From Acidimicrobiia bacterium (GTDB taxonomy: Bacteria > Actinomycetota > Acidimicrobiia > Spongiisociales > Spongiisociaceae): a DNA stretch of 50,020 nt. Under the pieces are notes generated by a model that saw only the letters and a list, made by a program, of their open reading frames with translations, was not told the origin of the DNA and searched no databases. Each line of letters opens with the position of its first letter. Positions within the stretch are counted from its first letter, which is position 1. A program made the translations under genes and the position numbers. The DNA is taken from assembly GCA_041576165.1 (NCBI GenBank), contig JBFGLM010000035.1:1-50020 (forward strand), in the 5' to 3' direction. Positions 1-8,268 of this stretch are shown in pieces.

Positions 1-2
1 GG

Positions 3-227
3 CAGGGTCCCACAGAAGCCCTTGCGGACTGCGGCTACACGGAAGGCGCCGAAGGTGAAGCCCCAGCCGAAGGTGAAGCCCCAGCCGAAGGTGAAGCCCC
101 AGCCGAAGGTGAAGCCCCAGCCGAAGGTGAAGCCCCAGCCGAAGGTGAAGCCCCAGCCGAAGGTGAAGCCCCGGCCGAAGACACCAGCCAGGACGAGCCG
201 GAAGCGCTCGCAAACACCTCCTCCTGA
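3..227 (+). CDS. 3' end of a protein with an acidic (AEGEAP)7 tail (partial, starts upstream of window)
   Basis: Frame 3 reads QGPTEALADCGYTEG(AEGEAP)7AEDTSQDEPEALANTSS to TGA at 225-227; not in ORF track. Confidence 0.7.
   Translation, partial: QGPTEALADCGYTEGAEGEAPAEGEAPAEGEAPAEGEAPAEGEAPAEGEAPAEGEAPAEDTSQDEPEALANTSS
48..173 (+). repeat. 18-bp tandem repeat GCCGAAGGTGAAGCCCCA x7
   Basis: Seven near-perfect copies; only the last base of copy 7 differs. Confidence 0.97.
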
Positions 228-344
228 CGTTCGAAAAAAAATTCGAACAAATCCTCAAGGAACGCTCACGTGGCGACGATGGACTCGTAAGAGCGAGTTC
301 GCTCGTTTTGACAGGACGAGGGGAACGAGGCGGTACATCGTCCA

Positions 345-455
345 ATCACCTGGGCACGTTCAAGTCCAAGGTGTTAGGAAAGCCTCCCAGCCCGCCCCTA
401 CGATGGGCTGCCAACTTCCCTTCTAGGCGAAGCCCCCTGGCCAGGGGGCTTCGCC
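345..455 (+). ncRNA. Candidate small RNA with three hairpins and CU-rich single-stranded segments
   Basis: Hairpins CACCTGGGC/GTCCAAGGTG, CAGCCC/GGGCTG and a terminal palindrome; TTGACA at 308-313; no credible ORF. Confidence 0.4.
426..455. terminator. Perfect 30-bp palindrome, probable intrinsic terminator
   Basis: GGCGAAGCCCCCTGG/CCAGGGGGCTTCGCC. Confidence 0.75.
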
Positions 456-630
456 GCGTGCGGGTTTCCGGCATGGCGCGCCCGTGCCACCCAGGGATGG
501 CTACCGAGCTCGGGCGGACGAGTGCTTCCTCGATCCGGGCGGCTGCAAACTCGAAATAGCTTCATGAGCGCAGCATTGGTGCGCTCCGACCCGGAGGGCG
601 AACGACGTACAAGCCGCCTATCGTCACACC

Positions 631-726
631 ATGCGGCCCGGCACAACGCTTGTTGTACTCGTCCTCTTGGCGGTGATCACGCTTGCCGGAGTGGTACTCG
701 TCGTCCAGCTCCTCGGCCAGCAGTGA
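631..726 (+). CDS. 31-aa single-pass membrane micro-protein
   Basis: MRPGTTLVVLVLLAVITLAGVVLVVQLLGQQ*; one clean hydrophobic helix; not in ORF track. Confidence 0.55.
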   Translation: MRPGTTLVVLVLLAVITLAGVVLVVQLLGQQ

Positions 727-1540
727 TCACCACGCCGGTCAGCGACGCCAGGCCCAGTTCGTCCGCTGCGTTCCCCTCCCGGATGGCCACAGCCAGCAAC
801 CCCGACGAATCCACATGCACGAGCGCCTGACCCGGCTCGACCTCCCCGTAGGTGAGCACCCAGGGGACCTGATGTTCGACGGTCCCGATGCGGATGTTCA
901 TATCGCTGCCAGGTGTCAGCCCGAGGCCGGCAACGTCGTCCGGCCCCACGTTCATCTGGGCGTTGCCGAAGCGGTCGATCCACCACACCTGACCGGTAAC
1001 GGCCTCCGGTTGTATGTCACAGAGAGGAAGCAGAAGCGGAGTCAAGGTGTCCGGCGCCACAATCGGCCCCAGCTCGGCTAGAGACGCCTCACCTGATGCA
1101 ATCACCGCCGCTGCCGGCCCGAAGACATCTCTCCCGTGAAAGGTGGCACCCTCGGTCGGGAGCATGACGTCAGGATTCTCTATGCTCACCACCTGCATGG
1201 CTCCCCCGACCAGTGACACGGCCGGCGATAGGACACCGTTGTCCGGCCCGACGAAGTAGCCCCAGGGGGTTTCTGCCGCAATCGCGCGACGTTGGGTACC
1301 GACGCCCGGATCGATCACCGCCAACGCCACCCCGCCCGGCATGTACTGGATGCTGCGCATCAGCGCCAGCGCACCGGCCATGATGTTGCCCGGGTCGATC
1401 TCGTGAGTGAGGTCGATCACTGCGCTGGCGGGCGAGATCTTGGCAATGACGCCGTGCACGACGCCGACGAATTCATCTTTCAGGCCGAAGTCGGACAGGA
1501 AGATGATCGGAAGAGCCCGTCCGTCGTTCACGGGGCCCAC
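677..1540 (-). CDS. SAM hydroxide adenosyltransferase / chlorinase-fluorinase (DUF62) family
   Basis: Motifs FLSDFG, DLTHEI, AVIDPGVGTQR, GPDNG, TFHGRDVF, IDRFGN. Confidence 0.93.
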   Translation of the reverse strand: MGPVNDGRALPIIFLSDFGLKDEFVGVVHGVIAKISPASAVIDLTHEIDPGNIMAGALALMRSIQYMPGGVALAVIDPGVGTQRRAIAAETPWGYFVGPDNGVLSPAVSLVGGAMQVVSIENPDVMLPTEGATFHGRDVFGPAAAVIASGEASLAELGPIVAPDTLTPLLLPLCDIQPEAVTGQVWWIDRFGNAQMNVGPDDVAGLGLTPGSDMNIRIGTVEHQVPWVLTYGEVEPGQALVHVDSSGLLAVAIREGNAADELGLASLTGVVITAGRGAGRRVPLRQA

Positions 1541-1692
1541 TCCCGAGACAGCCGGACGGCCTGGGCGTCATATGACCGACATGGTTGCGATTGGATGTGT
1601 GCTCCTGACGACGCGTCGACCGTGTCGACGCCAGCATAGAAGCGGGTGCCGAGGCCATTTCCGAGAATGCGCGCCCGTCTCGGTAGCATTGG

Positions 1693-2580
1693 ATGGTGCC
1701 TACAGCGCTTGAGCAATCGGTAGTGGACTCCATCCAACGCGGCGGCGTCGTGATGCTGATCGGCGCGCCCGACACCGGCAAGTCCACGCTGGCCCGCATG
1801 ATCCTCGAAGCGGCCGCGACCGCCGGACAAACTGTCGCCTATGTGGACGGAGATCTTGGACAGACCACGGTGGGTCCCCCGACCTGCGTCGGGCTGAAGT
1901 GGATCAGATCTCGCAACGACCTTGCGACGCTCGCAACGGCAGACGCGCTTCGCTTCGTTGGCAGCATCACGCCCGATCGGTTCAGGCTGCAGCAGGTGAT
2001 CGGGGTGGCGTCGCTGGTCGACCAGGCCCGAGCGGATGCCGATCTCATAGTGATCGACACGACCGGAGCGATATCAGGTGTGGTCGGTCAGACGTTGAAA
2101 TACCACAAGACCGAACTTTGCCGTCCTGATTCGATTCTGGCGCTCCAGCGGGGGAGCGAGTTGGAGCCGATAATCGGGATGCTCGAACGGTTCTTCACAG
2201 TCAGCGTGACCACGCTTCCGGTTCACCCCGACGTGTTACCCGTTTCGCCGGAGGAACGTACTGCGCAGCGGGCGCTGCGGTTCGCCGCGGCGATGGGCGA
2301 CCGCCGCCAGAAATGGCGGGTCCGGCCAACGGTCTTTGCTCCGTCGCTGCCGACGGGACTGGATCTTTCCCGGCTCCATAACATGCTGGTTGGCGTGCAC
2401 GACGGTGATGGCCGATGCCTGGGATTGGGTGTGCTCGAGTACGACGACGGCGCGCTACGGGTCGTGACGTCGGTGGGGGAGGGAATGAAAGGGTTGCGGC
2501 TCGGCTCTGTCGTGCTCGATTGCGAAACGTGGCGGACCACGACAGTGAATCTGCAGGAGATCATGTTTGGCCTGGAGTGA
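1693..2580 (+). CDS. Clp1/Grc3/Nol9-family polynucleotide 5'-kinase
   Basis: Walker A GAPDTGKST, DGDLGQTTVGPP and IDTTG motifs typical of the Clp1 family. Confidence 0.85.
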   Translation: MVPTALEQSVVDSIQRGGVVMLIGAPDTGKSTLARMILEAAATAGQTVAYVDGDLGQTTVGPPTCVGLKWIRSRNDLATLATADALRFVGSITPDRFRLQQVIGVASLVDQARADADLIVIDTTGAISGVVGQTLKYHKTELCRPDSILALQRGSELEPIIGMLERFFTVSVTTLPVHPDVLPVSPEERTAQRALRFAAAMGDRRQKWRVRPTVFAPSLPTGLDLSRLHNMLVGVHDGDGRCLGLGVLEYDDGALRVVTSVGEGMKGLRLGSVVLDCETWRTTTVNLQEIMFGLE

Positions 2581-2677
2581 GCGGGTCTTCCGGCCGTGGT
2601 CAGAAGACCCGTGCCTACCCAACCAGTGTCATGTCAGCTCGGGAGGTCCCTGCCGTGACGTGCAGGACGTGGCATGC

Positions 2678-2771
2678 AGCAACAGCAGCCCGACGCACCT
2701 TCCTCCTGAAGCGACCCGCACTTCCCCTTACAGGTAGCTCCCGATTCCAGCGCCTCGGGCTGCTGTTGCTC
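2678..2771 (-). ncRNA. Candidate ~95-nt structured RNA closed by a perfect 16-bp stem
   Basis: AGCAACAGCAGCCCGA (2678-2693) pairs with TCGGGCTGCTGTTGCT (2755-2770); starts just after a consensus promoter. Confidence 0.55.
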
Positions 2772-2776
2772 CTAGG

Positions 2777-2805
2777 ACCATATGCCACCCGCCAATCGGA
2801 GTCAA
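2777..2805 (-). promoter_or_regulatory. Sigma70/HrdB-type promoter TTGACT-17-TATGGT, overlapped by inverted repeat TCGGAGT-N7-ACTCCGA (2796-2816)
   Basis: -35 at 2805-2800, -10 at 2782-2777, exact 17-nt spacer. Confidence 0.7.
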
Positions 2806-2868
2806 TACTACTCCGAACTATCTTTGAGCAGCGCTAAATAGCGTTGATCAAGGCCGGAATTGAGGGAG

Positions 2869-2943
2869 TTGTCCACAATCCGACGGTTTCCACGGGGTAA
2901 TCCACAGAATCCACAGGGGGTTGTGCACAACCGCTGTAGACAA
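2869..2943. promoter_or_regulatory. Cluster of DnaA-box-like 9-mers
   Basis: TTGTCCACA 2869, TAATCCACA 2898, GAATCCACA 2907, TTGTGCACA 2921, TTGTCTACA (minus strand) 2935-2943. Confidence 0.65.
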
Positions 2944-2971
2944 GTTTCTGGGGAGGTGGTCTTTCGCGACC

Positions 2972-3397
2972 TCAGTGCGTGGTGAATCCGACACGGATAA
3001 GTGGTCGGAAGGCGATTTCGACCAGTTGGTACACCTCAGCGAGGATGCCCTCCAGCTCGTCCTCCGTCACACGATCGAGCGGAGTTCGGCCGCGCAGGAA
3101 AATGTCTCCATGGCGATCGATCGCGAAGTGCACCCGACGGGAATCGAAGTTGCGGAACAGGCACTGACGATAGGCCTCGTCCCGGTTCGCAGGCGGCGCG
3201 GGCAGGACATACGCCTCCGTGGCCAACGTCAGATCACCCACTTCAAACCAGATCGTCGTGAAATCCCGGGTTCGCTGGGCCACCCGCACTGCGATGCGGC
3301 CATCCAGCACTTCGGTGTAGACGACGTCGCTGTCCGGATCGGCGACCCATTGCTGAGCTACCCGGTTGACCAAACCAAAGTGTGGGTCACTGCCCAC
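2972..3397 (-). CDS. YbjN-like (T3SS chaperone-fold) protein
   Basis: Typical mshA-downstream gene; WFEVGDLTLATEAYVLPAP; GTG start at 3397 overlaps mshA stop. Confidence 0.8.
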   Translation of the reverse strand: MGSDPHFGLVNRVAQQWVADPDSDVVYTEVLDGRIAVRVAQRTRDFTTIWFEVGDLTLATEAYVLPAPPANRDEAYRQCLFRNFDSRRVHFAIDRHGDIFLRGRTPLDRVTEDELEGILAEVYQLVEIAFRPLIRVGFTTH

Positions 3398-4628
3398 GAC
3401 CGGTAATCCCGCTGTACAGCTCGAGCAAGCGGGTGGCGGTCGCCTCCCATGAGAAACGCTCCGCATGCTCGACGGCTCCGGAGGAGAGCCGGCGGGCCAG
3501 TTCGGCGTCGGTCAGGATGCGCAGCGCGGCGGCGGCATGATCGTCGGGATCCCAGCCGTCGACCAGCACGCCCGACACTCCATCCGCAACTACATGCGCC
3601 AGCCCTCCCACTCGGGCGGCGACGACCGGCAGGCCGGTGGCTTGCGCCTCGGCTGCGACGAGACCGAAGGACTCGCTCCGGGACGGTACGAGGATCACGT
3701 CTGCCGCCTGGTAGAACGTCGGGAGCCGCCCGTGATCTTGCGCAGGCCAGAACCGCACACGATCGCCCAGGTCGGCCGCTTCAACCGAATGCCGGAGCTT
3801 CTCGAGCTCCTCGCTGCCGAGGGGACCGCTCGGGCCACCAACGACTACGAATGTGGCGTCCCCAATCTCCTTCGAGATTCGGTGGAACGCCTCCAGCGCG
3901 ACGTCGACTCCTTTCAGGGGCTGGATCCGGCCCACGAACAACACCACGGGCGCTTCGCCGGAAATACCCAAGGCGCGCCGAGCCTCATGCTGGGAACCTG
4001 GTTTGAAGAGGTCGTGGTCGATCCCCGGAGGATTCAGGCAGAGCCGGGATGGATCGGCTCCATAATGCTCCAGAAGTTCCTCGGCCTCGCGCTCGGTCGA
4101 CGCAATCACACAGTCTGACGAAGAGATCACCTCCTGTTCGGCTGCGATGCGGATGAGGGACGAAGGGGGTTCGTCGTCACGGCGGTTGGCGTTCTTGACT
4201 CGCCCCAGTGTGTGAAAGGAATTCGCCAGTGGGAGCGACAGCGCCTTCTTGATCAAGAGGGCGGCCCAGCCCGACAACCAGTAATGACTGTGCACGAGGT
4301 CGAACTGCGTCCCCCGGGCCGCGATCCAGTCGATGACACCTTCTGCAAAATCTGCCACCCAGCCGGGCAACGCCGCCACGGGCAGTTGAATGGGGGGTCC
4401 GGCGTCGATGTGAACCACCGGGTAGCCACCAGCCGCCGTCTCCTCAGACAGCTGGGCCCGGTCGGTGCGGCGGGTGAAGACCACGACGTCGACACCGCTG
4501 CCCTGCATGGTGGCGGCGAGTTCGTCGATATACACGTTCATGCCCCCAGCGTCTCCAACCCCAGGCCGCAGCAGCGGCGACGTATGGAGCGACAGGTAGG
4601 CCACCCGGCATATCTCGCCCTCTTGCAT
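3387..4628 (-). CDS. mshA: D-inositol-3-phosphate glycosyltransferase (mycothiol synthesis)
   Basis: SLHTSPL..PGVGDAGGMNVY, HSHYWLSG, GRIQPLKG, SESFGLVA.EAQA. Confidence 0.9.
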   Translation of the reverse strand: MQEGEICRVAYLSLHTSPLLRPGVGDAGGMNVYIDELAATMQGSGVDVVVFTRRTDRAQLSEETAAGGYPVVHIDAGPPIQLPVAALPGWVADFAEGVIDWIAARGTQFDLVHSHYWLSGWAALLIKKALSLPLANSFHTLGRVKNANRRDDEPPSSLIRIAAEQEVISSSDCVIASTEREAEELLEHYGADPSRLCLNPPGIDHDLFKPGSQHEARRALGISGEAPVVLFVGRIQPLKGVDVALEAFHRISKEIGDATFVVVGGPSGPLGSEELEKLRHSVEAADLGDRVRFWPAQDHGRLPTFYQAADVILVPSRSESFGLVAAEAQATGLPVVAARVGGLAHVVADGVSGVLVDGWDPDDHAAAALRILTDAELARRLSSGAVEHAERFSWEATATRLLELYSGITGRGQ

Positions 4629-5543
4629 TCAGGATCGCCCCTCCAGCGCGTACAGCTCTCGCGGAGCTGCACCCAGCCGGAATTTGTAGTGTTCGTCACC
4701 CTTCAGGAAATCGAAGACCTTCAGGCCCTCTGCGATCGCCTGCTCCACCAGCAGGGATACGAGAACCACCCCGGGCGACGCCTCCCTGGCTGCAGTGTCG
4801 AAAGCCGAGTTGTAGAGGTAGTAGCCGCTCGCATCCGACCAGGCAATCGCGGCCGCCACCATTTCGTCTCCGGCACCGAACAGGCCGTCGATGCGCCAGC
4901 CGGGATCGGAAGCCAGGCCCGCAAAAAACTCGGCCATGGCACTCGTCATGAATGAACCCTTCTCGCCGGGCGACATGCGGTGCATGGCGATGAACCGGTC
5001 GAGTGCGTCCCCATCGTTGCCGGAGGTGACGATCCGTGGTTCGCCGAGCGCCTGCTCGAACCGGCGCCGCTTGCGACGGGTCTCGTGCCGTTCCTTCTTG
5101 CCGATGGCCATCAAATATTCGTCAAACGTGGCCGGGAGGTGGACCACCGCCGATACGGTGTGCGGCGATCGCTGCGTAGATATGCCCAGATCTCCCAGGG
5201 CACGTTCTAGCGCATCGGCTGCTTCGACCGGCACTGAGTCGAACCGGAACGGGGTCCCTGCTCCGGTTTCGCACAGCATCTTGGCGATAGCCCCGGCCCC
5301 AGTGCCGACCGGGGACCGATAGTCGACTACGTCCTCGTGCCCGAGGAAACTCAGCTGGCCGTGCTGGATCTGGAGCGCGGCCGCCCCGTCGCCTGATGCA
5401 ATCAACAGCTCCGCTTCCTCACCATGCCATGCGCGACGGTGTTCCCACAGGGTCCGGAGGAACTCAGGAGTGGCAAATGGGCCGGTTCGAGGGGCGATCG
5501 GAGCGCCTTCGAGCAGCGCCCAATCCGCACTGGAAGTGGTCAT
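4629..5543 (-). CDS. GNAT N-acetyltransferase, CelD/BcsL-like
   Basis: YYLYNSAFD, SPGVVL, FDFLKGDEHYKFRLG; ATG at 5543 overlaps asparaginase stop. Confidence 0.85.
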   Translation of the reverse strand: MTTSSADWALLEGAPIAPRTGPFATPEFLRTLWEHRRAWHGEEAELLIASGDGAAALQIQHGQLSFLGHEDVVDYRSPVGTGAGAIAKMLCETGAGTPFRFDSVPVEAADALERALGDLGISTQRSPHTVSAVVHLPATFDEYLMAIGKKERHETRRKRRRFEQALGEPRIVTSGNDGDALDRFIAMHRMSPGEKGSFMTSAMAEFFAGLASDPGWRIDGLFGAGDEMVAAAIAWSDASGYYLYNSAFDTAAREASPGVVLVSLLVEQAIAEGLKVFDFLKGDEHYKFRLGAAPRELYALEGRS

Positions 5544-6502
5544 GCCAGCCCTACCGTAGCTTCTATACGACCAACCGGAATCCCACCGCCCAGAATCACG
5601 GACTCCAGCTCCGTCTGCAAACGGTCCGATGTCCCGGACGCGCGGAGCCCGAAGTGGGCCATGACGGCGCCGGCGACCGGTCCCAACGCCCGCACGGCGC
5701 CGTCCCACGACTTGATGCATACGCCCATACCGCGCCGGGTGGAAATCCCGAGAAGTCCTTCGGCGCCTAGCTTGGCGGACGTCTCGGTCCACCGCGCCAG
5801 CGCAACCGGGCTGGCCCGATGGTCGGCGGTGAGCGCCGCGAACCGGTGCATGGCCGTCCAGGTTTCACGCAAGGCCGGCTGCGAGCCGAGGCGGGCGTAG
5901 CCAACCGCTACTGCGGCCGTCGAGACCGCCCAGACGGGAGCACCGCACCCATCGACGCCCGGGCCGGCAGGCGTGGCGCCCAACACCTGGGCGAGCTCGG
6001 CCCGAATCGCTTCCTGCAGCGGATGCTGCGGATCGGTGTAGTGGGCGACGTCCCAGCCCTGGGCCACGCATGCACGGAGCATCGCTGCGTGCTTGCCGGA
6101 ACAGTTGTGCCACACCGACCGGGGCCGGCTATGACCGGCCCGGATGAGGCGCAGGCTGGCCGGTTCCGCCAGCGGCCAGGCGGGAGGACAACGCAATGCC
6201 CGGGTGGTGAGGCCTGCGTCGCGCAGCATCGCCTCCACGATGGCGATGTGTGCCGGGCTACCGCCGTGGCTGGCGGACGCGACGGCCATCCACTCTGGCG
6301 CCAGCGCCGCACCCAGCCGTTGGGCGACCGCAGCCTGAAAGGGTTTGGCGACAGAGCGCATGAAATACGGACGCTCGATGTCGCCCTGGTGGGCCAGCAG
6401 CTTCCCATCGGCATCGCACACGGCGATCGCTCCGTGATGTAGGGCTTCCGTTCGGGACGACCGGATGATGCGGGCGATCACATCCGCGTTCCCGGCAGCC
6501 AC
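5540..6502 (-). CDS. L-asparaginase II family protein
   Basis: RSVAKPFQA, ASHGG, HNCSGKH, GVDGCGAP, KLGAEG motifs. Confidence 0.9.
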   Translation of the reverse strand: MAAGNADVIARIIRSSRTEALHHGAIAVCDADGKLLAHQGDIERPYFMRSVAKPFQAAVAQRLGAALAPEWMAVASASHGGSPAHIAIVEAMLRDAGLTTRALRCPPAWPLAEPASLRLIRAGHSRPRSVWHNCSGKHAAMLRACVAQGWDVAHYTDPQHPLQEAIRAELAQVLGATPAGPGVDGCGAPVWAVSTAAVAVGYARLGSQPALRETWTAMHRFAALTADHRASPVALARWTETSAKLGAEGLLGISTRRGMGVCIKSWDGAVRALGPVAGAVMAHFGLRASGTSDRLQTELESVILGGGIPVGRIEATVGLA

Positions 6503-6522
6503 GTTGATCTCGTCGGACAGCT

Positions 6523-7071
6523 TCAGTCTTCGAAGAGGCCGCTGCCGTCGGCCGTGCCGTCCTCGTAGCGACGGAGGATCTCGGCCTGGATGGCGTCAAA
6601 GGCCTGCTGGGCAGCCCGGCGATTGTCGGAAACCTCGCGTTCCGTCTCGGCGAGGGTGGTTTGAATGCTGCTCAGCTCGTCATCATCTAGTTGCGGCAGC
6701 CGGGCGAGGAAGTCGTCCTCCAGCACGCGATCAATGGACCGGCGGCGGTCCTCCGGCAGCTCGGGCGCCAGCATGGACGGCAAGCGTCCGGCCTGGCCGC
6801 CACTGGGCGACTCGCCGGCCGCAAGGATCTCGGGGAGCGCCTCCATCAACGAGCGGCTTTCATCCCCGCTCCGCCGGCGCAGCTCGAACGCAAGCAGGTC
6901 CATTCGACCGTGGAGCAGGCGGCGGTAGTACGACCACTCCGTCTCAACCTGATCTGCCAGCTCGCGACGCTGGCGGAGCACGTCCAGGTCCAGCTCTCCG
7001 AGACCGGACACAAACTCGGGATCCCTGATGATGTCGATCCGACGACGGTTCTCGCTGTGCACTAGGTCCAT
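6523..7071 (-). CDS. rsiG: RsiG (AmfC) c-di-GMP-binding anti-sigma factor
   Basis: RRIDIIRDPEF N-terminus; motifs ETEWSYYRRLLHGRMD and EREVSDNRRAAQQAFD (ExxxSxxRxxxQxxxD type). Confidence 0.85.
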   Translation of the reverse strand: MDLVHSENRRRIDIIRDPEFVSGLGELDLDVLRQRRELADQVETEWSYYRRLLHGRMDLLAFELRRRSGDESRSLMEALPEILAAGESPSGGQAGRLPSMLAPELPEDRRRSIDRVLEDDFLARLPQLDDDELSSIQTTLAETEREVSDNRRAAQQAFDAIQAEILRRYEDGTADGSGLFED

Positions 7072-7073
7072 TA

Positions 7074-8183
7074 TCACCCGCAAGCTCTCGACAATGTGGG
7101 GTACGGATTCACCGGTGACGACGAGCGCCCTCCCGGGTGAATCTGGAAGTGTAGATGAGGCGCACCGCCCCGGGCGTTACCGCTGTCGCCGTTGTAGGCG
7201 ATCTCCTGACCCCGGACCACCCGCTGGCCGCTGCCCAGTCCCGGAGCGTACCCGCTCAAGTGCGCGTAGTAGAACGCGACCCCGTAATCCGCAGTCAGCC
7301 ACAGGATGGTGCCACCCAGGCCGCCGCTCCGCAGTGAGACGACCCCGTCGGCGACCGCAAACACCTTCTGCCCGTATGAGGCGAAAACATCGGTGCCTTT
7401 GTGGGTCCGGCCGCCCGACCGAGGAAAGCCCCAGTCGTTGATGAAGGACACGGCGTGGTTGGCCATGGGGCAGATGAAGCCCGGGGTCACATCCGACGAG
7501 ATCCCTCCGGCGGCTCCCCGGCGACGCGCTTCCTGCAGCGCGCGCTGGCGAGCCAGCTCGGCCTGGCGGAGGTTGTAGAGGCGCTGGCACTCGCCCTCCA
7601 GCTCCTGGTAGGTCGAGCTGGCCACGGCCGCCGCCTCCTCGAGCCGGGCCGCGACATCCGCGGCCTCGATCTCCAGGTCGAGCAGCTGCTGCTCCTTCAA
7701 CTCGAGCTCGGCCCGCATAGCCTCCATGTCCTCCCGCAGCGCCGCCAGGGTGTCGGCCGAAGCCAGGTCGCCGGCGGTGACCGCTTCGAGCAGCTGCTGG
7801 CCCGCCATGATCTCGTCGACGCTCTGCACACCAAACACCAGGTCGGTGATCTGGGTGCCGCCGCTCATGTACACCTCGATGGCCCGATCGATGACCCGAT
7901 CCCGGATATCGTTGGTGGTCGCCTCCCGATCCGAGATCTGATCGCGCAAGCGCAGCTCCAGATACGCGGTTTCTTCTCGCTCCCCGATGATCTCGGCATA
8001 CCGAGCCTGAGCATCGTCGCGAACCTGGCGCGCCTCACGGAGCCTCTGGAGCGCATCCTTCGAGTCAGCGCAGGCGGCGTCGACCTGGGACTGGGGAATG
8101 GACGCGGCCGGGGCGGCGACGACCGTCGACCATATCAGTACCAGTGGAAGGGCGAGCGCGAGAGGACGCCAGAGTATGCGCAT
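7074..8183 (-). CDS. Secreted coiled-coil M23 peptidoglycan endopeptidase
   Basis: Signal peptide from MRILWR; coiled coil; HKGTD, YAHL and HLH Zn motifs. Confidence 0.9.
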   Translation of the reverse strand: MRILWRPLALALPLVLIWSTVVAAPAASIPQSQVDAACADSKDALQRLREARQVRDDAQARYAEIIGEREETAYLELRLRDQISDREATTNDIRDRVIDRAIEVYMSGGTQITDLVFGVQSVDEIMAGQQLLEAVTAGDLASADTLAALREDMEAMRAELELKEQQLLDLEIEAADVAARLEEAAAVASSTYQELEGECQRLYNLRQAELARQRALQEARRRGAAGGISSDVTPGFICPMANHAVSFINDWGFPRSGGRTHKGTDVFASYGQKVFAVADGVVSLRSGGLGGTILWLTADYGVAFYYAHLSGYAPGLGSGQRVVRGQEIAYNGDSGNARGGAPHLHFQIHPGGRSSSPVNPYPTLSRACG

Positions 8184-8268
8184 TGACCCAGGAGGGTACT
8201 TAGAGCGGTCCGCAAACGCCAGACAAACCGGCCGGGGCGTCATCGGCGTTCTGCCGCTGCAAGGGAAA

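Noticed and set aside
48-173. Repeat as a CRISPR array
   Set aside because: No spacers, in-frame coding repeat, no cas genes.
229-247. GTTCGAA-N5-TTCGAAC as a LexA box
   Set aside because: Half-sites are in the opposite order to the actinobacterial CGAAC-N4-GTTCG box.
345-372. tRNA suggested by GTTCAAGTCC
   Set aside because: No cloverleaf, acceptor stem or anticodon arm.
22-426. Track ORFs reading (PKVKPQ)n or (GASPSA)n
   Set aside because: Alternative frames of the 18-bp repeat; frame 3 (AEGEAP) with stop at 227 is more plausible.
510-562. Minus-strand YFEFAAARIEEA as a DNA methylase remnant
   Set aside because: Too short, preceded by a stop, no other motifs.
2820-2945. oriC
   Set aside because: No dnaA/dnaN nearby and no clear AT-rich unwinding element.
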